Assembly (NCBI GenBank): GCA_028864975.1
Contig: JAGWLG010000025.1
Location: 1-52,222 of the forward strand
Length of the DNA stretch: 52,222 bases
Source: Thermoplasmata archaeon
GTDB lineage: Archaea > Thermoplasmatota > Thermoplasmata > Lutacidiplasmatales > UBA184
Reading direction: 5' to 3'
The position numbers and the translations under genes are program-made. Below, in pieces: positions 9,741-16,494 of this stretch (positions are counted from its first letter, which is position 1; the number at the start of each line of letters is the position of its first letter). A model generated the notes under the pieces. The model did no database searches, was not told where the DNA came from, and was given only the letters and a program-made list of their open reading frames with translations.

Positions 9741-9825
9741 TGCAGGGGGTGAGATTTGAACTCACGAACTCCTACGAGACCAGGACCTCAACCTGGCGCC
9801 TTTGACCAAGCTGGGCCACCCCTGC
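9741..9825 (-). tRNA. tRNA-Leu(GAG)
   Basis: Reverse complement GCAGGGGTGGCCCAGCTTGGTCAAAGGCGCCAGGTTGAGGTCCTGGTCTCGTAGGAGTTCGTGAGTTCAAATCTCACCCCCTGCA. It has an acceptor stem, CCAGG/CCTGG anticodon stem with GAG, long variable arm and GTTCAAAT T-loop. CCA is not encoded. Confidence 0.95.
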
Positions 9826-9950
9826 CCGCCCTCCATTCCTCCTCGAGTTCCCAACCTCTTCCCCGAATAACCCTTTTTCGTCCGTTCGGAGCCGGGTGCG
9901 CGCTTCGGTCCGCCCCCGAGGTCTTATGGAGGTGGGTCCCTGCGCGGGCC

Positions 9951-10544
9951 ATGGCTGAAGGCCCCGCTCCCGCGCCAACCCCCTCCCCCCCGGCGAGCCC
10001 GCCACCTTCGGCACTCCCGGCGCCCTCGGGGGGAACCCCACCCCAGGGGCGTCCTCGGGGAGAGCGACGTCATGGGGGAGACCGGCCTCCCCGCCAGGAT
10101 CGACCCTCTCGGCCCCCGATGCCCAGGGTGAGGACCGAGCCTATCGTCTTCGTGGGCGACAAGCCCACCATGACCTACGTCTTCGAGGTCGTGGGCCAGC
10201 TCCTGAGCGGCGCCCCCGAGGTCAAGGTCAAGGCGCGTGGGAAGGCCATCTCCCGTGCCGTGGACGTGGCGGAGATCGTACGCCGTCACAAGCTCACGGA
10301 AGGCGCCGTCCAGGTCCACCACGTCCGAATCGGGACCGAGCGCCTCACGAACCGCGATGGTAAGGACGCCAACGTCTCGTCGATCGAGATCGTCCTCACG
10401 CGGGCGGGAGGGGCGGCGGGAGGCTCCAACCTCCCGACAGCGGCTGTCCCGGGGAAGGGGGCAGCGGGGGCGGAGGCGGGGGCGGAGCCTGCGGCGGAGC
10501 GAGCGGCCGACTCGCCTCCCCCGTCGGCGTCCCCGTCGCGTTGA
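9951..10544 (+). CDS. albA: Alba DNA/RNA-binding protein with long N- and C-terminal low-complexity tails
   Basis: Core IVFVGDKPTMTYV..VKVKARGKAISRAVDVAEIVR..VSSIEIVL. ATG 9951 chosen; the ORF is open from 9756. Confidence 0.9.
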   Translation: MAEGPAPAPTPSPPASPPPSALPAPSGGTPPQGRPRGERRHGGDRPPRQDRPSRPPMPRVRTEPIVFVGDKPTMTYVFEVVGQLLSGAPEVKVKARGKAISRAVDVAEIVRRHKLTEGAVQVHHVRIGTERLTNRDGKDANVSSIEIVLTRAGGAAGGSNLPTAAVPGKGAAGAEAGAEPAAERAADSPPPSASPSR

Positions 10545-12309
10545 TGCCGGGGAAGAAGGGCGGGGCCCGGGTCCAGACCATCGTCCCGCCGAGCACATCG
10601 CCCAGCCTCTGACGTCGAGGGCTCACGCGGATCGCCCAAACGCTGAAGAGGCCCACCAGGGCGGTGACGAAGACCCCTCCCATCAGCGCCAGCCCCGCGA
10701 TCAGGGCTCCCACGCTTGCGGGGGTGGAGAAGTAGCCGTACCCCATCCCCAGGCCTAGTGCTAGCGAGAGCGCCGCAAGTGGGAGGAGCTTCGGGACGTT
10801 GCGCGCGAGCGCGGCGAGGAGCGTCGGGCGATGCCCTTCCGGCCCGACCACGATCAGCCCCATCCAGTGCTTCCCTAGGGTCGTCCCCCATCGCCACTCC
10901 AACCCGGCGTAGAGCAGGAAGGGCCAGCCGCCGAGCGCGCTGATCGCGGCAAGATAGGGGATGGAGAAGTTCAGTCCCGTCGCATCCAGAGGGTCGTATA
11001 CCAGGACCAGGTAGAACAGCGGCACGGCGGGCAGGAGGGCGACCATGAGGTCGACCCCGAAGGCCTTCACGCGGTCGCCCACACGGGCCAGTCGACGACC
11101 CAAGAGGTCGAGGAGGCCACGCTGGACCAGCAGCCCGACCACCAGCGCACGTCGGGCATCCTCGGGGTCCTGTGACCCGCGCGCTCCGAGCTCCCGAAGG
11201 TTGGCCAGGTCCGCCGCGAGCAACGGATGGACCGGTACGGGGTCGAGCAAGCGCCGGGAGTGTTCCGCGGGAAGTCCGAGCGCGGCCCGGACCTGCACCA
11301 GGTCCCGGTCCAGGGTCTCCAGGACCCTCGCGGCCACCTCAGGATGGCGTCCGGCGGCGTACGCCTCGAGCCCAGGGTGGAACCTCGCCTCGGTGCCGCG
11401 CAAAGGTCCGAATGGAACCGCGGAGGGCTCCACGACCGTGGCGGGGGGCGAGACCCTCCTCAGAAGGAGGTCAAGACCGAGCGCAACGCCCAGCGCGAAA
11501 GGTCCCGAGAGGAAGACCAGGTCGAAGGGGCCCGCGCCCCCGATCGAGCCCAGGAAGGAGGGGGTACGGAAGAGCTCCGGCTGATGGAGCACATCCGCGC
11601 CGACGAGCACGCCCAACGTCGCGGTCGCGAAGGCGAGCGCCGGAGCGTCGCGTCGGGGCCAGCGCAGGAGCACCGCCGCGATCCCGACGACCGCTGGGGC
11701 GAGGAGATAGTCCGGGAAGCTCGAGACGATGCCGACGTTCGGGTCGACAGCGGTCGTCAGGAACGTGGCCCAGACAGCCATACTGACCAGCACGAACGCC
11801 CCGGCGGGGTCCAGCGACCTCCCCGCGTCCGCTCCCAGGAGACCGGGTCGGAGCAGAACGTACGCGGCGCCCCCCGCCCCGAAGACGAGCAGGAAGGCGA
11901 GCGAGTCCAGGCGGAGATGGGACGGGATAGGTGGGAACTTCGCCAGCAGCGCGACGGTGAGACCGATGGAAGCGGCGAAGCAGGCGCCGAAGAGCATCGT
12001 GTCGCGTGTTCTTCCTGGAAGGATTCGTCGGTCGAGCAGCACGATCGCAATCGCGACGGGGAGGAGCGCCCCCCCGACGTTCACCATGATGACCGAACCG
12101 TTCCACCCGAAGAGCGGGAGGTTCGCGAGGAATCCGACGATCCCTCCGACGAGCAGGAGGAGGAACGTTCGTTTGCCGAACCCGATGCGGTCCCCCTCGA
12201 GCCCTTTCTCCCAACCCAGGAGGAAGAGCGGGACATAGATCAGGACCGGGAGGGTGACGCCGATGACCCCCCCGACCGTATCGAACGCCAGTTGGAGATT
12301 GTCGACCAT
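10396..12309 (-). CDS. Multi-pass membrane protein: DUF1614-like N-terminal domain fused to a C-terminal RDD domain
   Basis: VNVGGALLPVAIA and GADVLH..SIGGAGPFDLVFLSG (DUF1614-like). RVKAFGVD..GTTLGKHWMGLIVV..RQRLGDVLGGTMV (RDD). Confidence 0.75.
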   Translation of the reverse strand: MVDNLQLAFDTVGGVIGVTLPVLIYVPLFLLGWEKGLEGDRIGFGKRTFLLLLVGGIVGFLANLPLFGWNGSVIMVNVGGALLPVAIAIVLLDRRILPGRTRDTMLFGACFAASIGLTVALLAKFPPIPSHLRLDSLAFLLVFGAGGAAYVLLRPGLLGADAGRSLDPAGAFVLVSMAVWATFLTTAVDPNVGIVSSFPDYLLAPAVVGIAAVLLRWPRRDAPALAFATATLGVLVGADVLHQPELFRTPSFLGSIGGAGPFDLVFLSGPFALGVALGLDLLLRRVSPPATVVEPSAVPFGPLRGTEARFHPGLEAYAAGRHPEVAARVLETLDRDLVQVRAALGLPAEHSRRLLDPVPVHPLLAADLANLRELGARGSQDPEDARRALVVGLLVQRGLLDLLGRRLARVGDRVKAFGVDLMVALLPAVPLFYLVLVYDPLDATGLNFSIPYLAAISALGGWPFLLYAGLEWRWGTTLGKHWMGLIVVGPEGHRPTLLAALARNVPKLLPLAALSLALGLGMGYGYFSTPASVGALIAGLALMGGVFVTALVGLFSVWAIRVSPRRQRLGDVLGGTMVWTRAPPFFPGINATGTPTGEASRPLAPPQAPPPPPPPLPPSPGQPLSGGWSLPPPLPPA

Positions 12310-12434
12310 CGGGATGGGGGAGGGGGGGCGGGCCCTCGCGAGAACGACCCCTCGAGCGTTCTTGGAGGTTTCGAAGGTCGAACGCGGATGACCCTCGGGC
12401 TTTTTCCCGCGTTCGGTCTGACCTTGGACCGGCC

Positions 12435-13847
12435 ATGTTCGCGGAGAAGCATCCCGCCCGCACCGAGAAGGACTCCCTTGGACCCAAAGAGGTCCCCGGC
12501 GACGCGTACTACGGGGTCCAGGCCCTTCGGGCGAAGGAGAACTTTCCGGTGAGCGGTCTCCCGCTCCCCCCCGATCTCGTCCGAGCTTACGCCCTCGTGA
12601 AGCTCGCCTGCGTGGAGGCGAACGAGAAGCTCGGGACGGTCGAGCCGACGAAGTCCAAAGCGATCGCCCAGGCGGCGCGGGAAGTGGCCGACGGAAAGCT
12701 TCGCGACCAGTTCATCGTCGATGTCTTCCAAGCGGGGGCCGGGACCTCGACCAACATGAATACGAACGAGGTGTTGGCGAACCGCGCCCTGGAGATCCTG
12801 GGTCATCCCCGAGGAGACTACGCCTTTCTCTCTCCCAACGACCACGTGAACCGGGGCCAGTCGACGAACGATACCTTCCCCACCGCGCTCAACGTGTCCA
12901 TCCTCTTCGCCCTCGAAGCCGTTGAGGCATCGGTACTCCGTCTGGTCGGATCTCTCGAGCGCAAGGCGAAGGAGTTCGGGGGGCTGCCCAAGGCGGGGCG
13001 GACCCATCTCAAGGACGCCATGCCGGTCACGCTGGGGGGCGAACTCCAGGCCTACGCGTCGACCCTTCGACGGGTCCTCGAAGCCCTTCCCCGCGTCCGC
13101 GACGACCTGTGCGAGATCGCCCTCGGCGGGAGCGCGGTGGGCAGCGGGGTCAACACCGCGGTCGGTTTCCGCAAGCTCGCCGTTTCCCGCCTGGCCGTCC
13201 ACACGAAGCTCCCGCTCAAAGTGGCTCGCGACCCGTTCGAGACCATGCAGAGCCGGCGTGCGGCCTCCGAGGCCTCGGCGTGGCTCCGGGCGCTCGCGGT
13301 CGAGCTCACCCGGATCGCGAACGACCTTCGGCTGCTCTCCTCGGGCCCCACCACCGGGATGGACGAGGTCCGTCTCCCGGAGGTTCAGCCGGGGTCATCG
13401 ATCATGCCAGGCAAGGTCAACCCGTCGATGGCCGAGTGCCTGAACCAGGTCTGTTTCCATGTCATCGGGAGCGATCTCGCCACCTCGCTCGCCTCCCAAG
13501 CGGGCCAGCTCGAGATCAACGTGATGATGCCGGTCATGGCCTACGAGGTGCTCTTCTCCTCACGGATCCTCTCGAACTTCCTCCCCGCCTTCGCGGAGAA
13601 GTGCATCGACGGCCTCAGTGCGAACCCCACCAAGATGGAGCAGTTTCTCCTCTCCTCCCACGCGCTGGCGACGGTGCTCACCCCTCGGCTGGGCTATCTG
13701 AAGGTCGCCGAGGTGATCAAGAAGGCCGCCGCCAGCGGCATGAACCCGAGGGACTACCTGGTCAAGGAAGGGATCCTGAGCGCGAAGGAAGGGGAAGAGC
13801 TCCTCGGCCTCCAGGCGCTGATCAAGATGACCCACCCCGTGGAGTGA
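12435..13847 (+). CDS. aspA: Aspartate ammonia-lyase / class II fumarate hydratase family
   Basis: RTEKDSLG..YYGVQALRAKENF, GAGTSTNMNTNEV, SPNDHVNRGQSTND and signature GSSIMPGKVNP. AspA and FumC cannot be firmly separated by eye. Confidence 0.8.
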   Translation: MFAEKHPARTEKDSLGPKEVPGDAYYGVQALRAKENFPVSGLPLPPDLVRAYALVKLACVEANEKLGTVEPTKSKAIAQAAREVADGKLRDQFIVDVFQAGAGTSTNMNTNEVLANRALEILGHPRGDYAFLSPNDHVNRGQSTNDTFPTALNVSILFALEAVEASVLRLVGSLERKAKEFGGLPKAGRTHLKDAMPVTLGGELQAYASTLRRVLEALPRVRDDLCEIALGGSAVGSGVNTAVGFRKLAVSRLAVHTKLPLKVARDPFETMQSRRAASEASAWLRALAVELTRIANDLRLLSSGPTTGMDEVRLPEVQPGSSIMPGKVNPSMAECLNQVCFHVIGSDLATSLASQAGQLEINVMMPVMAYEVLFSSRILSNFLPAFAEKCIDGLSANPTKMEQFLLSSHALATVLTPRLGYLKVAEVIKKAAASGMNPRDYLVKEGILSAKEGEELLGLQALIKMTHPVE

Positions 13848-13859
13848 GCGGGTCGATCC

Positions 13860-14798
13860 TCACGCGCGGAGCCAGTCCCGCTTGGCCACCCGCAACGTGG
13901 GAGGCGGCTCCCTTTCGGTGTAGTTCCCCCCCAGGACCCAGATCTCATCCCCCACCTCGACGAGGCCGAAGTGGTAGCGCGCCTGAGGGAGGGGCTCGAG
14001 CTCGGACCAGATGCCGTCCGGAGCGAGAAGGTACGCCGTGGAGAGCGGAGCGGTCTCGCTGTCGACGCCCCCCGCGACGACCAGCCCTTCCTTCACAGGA
14101 AGCGCCCGGTGGGCGCGGCGAGCCCCGGGGAGCTCCTGGAGGCGTTGCCAGGTCTGGTGGAACGTGTCGTAGGCGAACGTCGCGCTCGTGACGGGTTGCG
14201 AGAAGAGGTGCTCCCGCTTCCAGGCCCCGACCCCTAGCGCCCCGCCGGTCCACACCAGCTTCTCGCCTCCCGGAAGGGGGGCGAACGCCCCGTCCGCGAC
14301 CCCCATCGGCAAGGGAGAGGCCTCCCCCCAGGCCCCGGTGCGCGCTTGCTCGCTCGACCCTTGCATGTGGTCGTTGATCGCGGCGTCAGCACTGCGAGGG
14401 TCGATGCGGAAGCCTCCCGCGACGTGGAAGGCGTTCCCGCAGCGCGCTCCCCGAGCCCAAGCCGTTGGACGGGGGAGCGGGGCCCGAGCCTCCCACTTGA
14501 GCTCTCGGAGGTGAAGCGCCTCGACCGTGGGTGAAGTGTCCGACGTCGGAAGGTACCCCCCTGCCGTCACCAGCCAGTCGCCGTCGCGCACTTCGGCCAC
14601 GCCTTCGCGCGGAAGCGGGATCGGAGGTCCTTCCCTCCATTTCTCGGTCGAGAGGTCGAGGACCCACGTCTCGCGGACGGGCTGGCGGGGGACCGTGCAT
14701 CCCCCCGTGATCACGATCGAGCTCTCCGTCGAGGCCACAGCGAAATCGCTCCGCCTCTGGGGAAGGGGCGGACCGGGGCGGAAGAGCTCCCCACCCAT
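13860..14798 (-). CDS. Kelch-repeat beta-propeller protein
   Basis: Repeated GG...W motifs (VITGG..EKWREGPPIPLPR, VTAGG..LKWEARAPLP, VVAGG..IWSELEPLPQAR). No signal peptide seen. Confidence 0.85.
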   Translation of the reverse strand: MGGELFRPGPPLPQRRSDFAVASTESSIVITGGCTVPRQPVRETWVLDLSTEKWREGPPIPLPREGVAEVRDGDWLVTAGGYLPTSDTSPTVEALHLRELKWEARAPLPRPTAWARGARCGNAFHVAGGFRIDPRSADAAINDHMQGSSEQARTGAWGEASPLPMGVADGAFAPLPGGEKLVWTGGALGVGAWKREHLFSQPVTSATFAYDTFHQTWQRLQELPGARRAHRALPVKEGLVVAGGVDSETAPLSTAYLLAPDGIWSELEPLPQARYHFGLVEVGDEIWVLGGNYTEREPPPTLRVAKRDWLRA

Positions 14799-14894
14799 CG
14801 CCCACGAGAAGACCTCGGAGGATAAATCGGCCTCGCGAGGTGGTTCGGTCGGGAGCGGTAGACGATTTAGGCCTCCCCTATTTGACTCCGGCGA

Positions 14895-15668
14895 ATGCCG
14901 GGTCCTGACGAGCTCGTTGCATCGCTGGGCAATGACCAGACGGCCGAGTACCGCAGGGCGGTCGAGGTCCTGGAGCGCGTGGGCCTCACCCGCTACGAGG
15001 CCCGGGCCTACATCGCCCTGGTGACGCGAGGCTACGGGGACGCCGCATCGCTCGCGAACGCCGCGCAGATCCCCCGCACGAGCGCCTACAAGGTCCTCGA
15101 GGCGCTATGCCAGAAAGGGTATGCCTACTCGTCCGGGGGCAAGCCCACGCTCTTCAAACCCCACCCACCCGAAGAGGTCGCGAACCACCTCCGGTCCGAT
15201 GTCCAGGAGGTCTTCGGACGGCTCCAGGAGCTCCATCGGATGGTGGGGGAGCAGGGGGAGCCTCAGCTCGTCTACCTCCTGTACGGTCGGCAGAAGGTCC
15301 TGACCAAGGTGGGCGAGTTCATCGACCGCTCCACCAGGACCATCATCGTGACCACGCCCCAGATCGCGGACCTGAGGGAGGAGCTGGGCAAGCGTATCGC
15401 GAATGCTGTGAAACGCGGGGTCGAGATCACTTTCATCACCGCCCCGGCGCAAAAGATCCCCGAGGGGTGTCGCCACGTTCCTCGGCAGCACATCCTGGCC
15501 ACGGACCTTCTCGTCGACGGAGAACACGCCCTTCTCGCCTCGCCCGGTCTGGAGGCCTGCGGTTTCACCGACAACCCGATCCTGGCCGAACACCTCAAAC
15601 AATTCCTCGACATCATGCTCGAACGTGCCGAGGCTACGGTCCCCGCCCCCCGTACAGCGGGTGCGTGA
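14895..15668 (+). CDS. TrmB family transcriptional regulator
   Basis: GLTRYEARAYIALV..QIPRTSAYKVLEALCQKG winged HTH plus a C-terminal effector-type domain. Confidence 0.9.
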   Translation: MPGPDELVASLGNDQTAEYRRAVEVLERVGLTRYEARAYIALVTRGYGDAASLANAAQIPRTSAYKVLEALCQKGYAYSSGGKPTLFKPHPPEEVANHLRSDVQEVFGRLQELHRMVGEQGEPQLVYLLYGRQKVLTKVGEFIDRSTRTIIVTTPQIADLREELGKRIANAVKRGVEITFITAPAQKIPEGCRHVPRQHILATDLLVDGEHALLASPGLEACGFTDNPILAEHLKQFLDIMLERAEATVPAPRTAGA

Positions 15669-16476
15669 ACGGCTCGCCCAGATCGCAGGTCCCTCGGCCG
15701 CCGCCCTACCACGAGGCTACCAGCGGCTCGGGAACACTCTGCTCCTTCACCTTCCTTCTTCCCTCACCCCGTTCGAGCATGAGGTCGGGCGATACTTTCA
15801 GGAGGAGATGGGGGTCGCCACGGTCCTGGCCTTTGACGGTGTGGCCCAGGGGGAGCACCGACGTCCCTCGCTAAGGCGGCTCGCGGGACCCGGAGGTCCG
15901 GTCCTTCACGTCGAGGAGGGCCTCCGTTGGCATCTCGACCCTTCGGAGGTGCTCTTCGCCGCGGGGAACCGGTCGGAGCGGCGAAGGGCCGGCGCCTTGG
16001 TCCGGCCGGGCGAGCGTATCGCGGACCTGTTCGCGGGGATCGGATACTTTACCCTCCCTGCGGCCAAGTTCGGCGACCCGAAGGTGGTGCACGCTGTCGA
16101 AGTGAACCCGCGGTCGTACGCCTACCTGCTCGAGAACGTGCGCGAGAACCACGTCGTGGAGCGGGTCGTCCCGCACCTCGGAGACAACCGGGAAGTGGAC
16201 CTGCCGCTGCACGCCTTCGATAGGATCTTCCTGGGGCTGCTCCCCACCGCCGTTCCTTTCGTTCCGCGGGCGCTCGACCTCCTCAACAAGGCGGGGGGGT
16301 GGCTCCACCTCCACCTAACGACGTCCGCTCCGCAATGGCGCGAGTCCTCCTGCGCGAGCGTTTCTCAGGCCGTGGAGGCCGCCGGCGGAGCGCTCCTAGA
16401 CGCGACCCCTCGTCGGGTCAAGTCCTATGGGCCGGCACGGAGCCACGTCGTGGTGGATGCTCGCGTCCGACCCTGA
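15661..16476 (+). CDS. Trm5/Taw2 (Met-10+-like) SAM-dependent tRNA modification transferase, probably Taw2
   Basis: IADLFAGIGYFTLP, AVEVNPRSYAYLLENV, GDNRE, FDRIFLG and RVKSYGP..HVVVD motifs. GTG 15661 overlaps the trmB stop. Confidence 0.8.
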   Translation: MRERLAQIAGPSAAALPRGYQRLGNTLLLHLPSSLTPFEHEVGRYFQEEMGVATVLAFDGVAQGEHRRPSLRRLAGPGGPVLHVEEGLRWHLDPSEVLFAAGNRSERRRAGALVRPGERIADLFAGIGYFTLPAAKFGDPKVVHAVEVNPRSYAYLLENVRENHVVERVVPHLGDNREVDLPLHAFDRIFLGLLPTAVPFVPRALDLLNKAGGWLHLHLTTSAPQWRESSCASVSQAVEAAGGALLDATPRRVKSYGPARSHVVVDARVRP

Positions 16477-16494
16477 GGTGCGACCGCCCCGGTC

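Noticed and set aside
9741-9825. tRNA-Leu as an integration site for the downstream island
   Set aside because: No duplicated tRNA 3' segment was found near 47.9 kb or elsewhere in the window, and the flanking genes are chromosomal.
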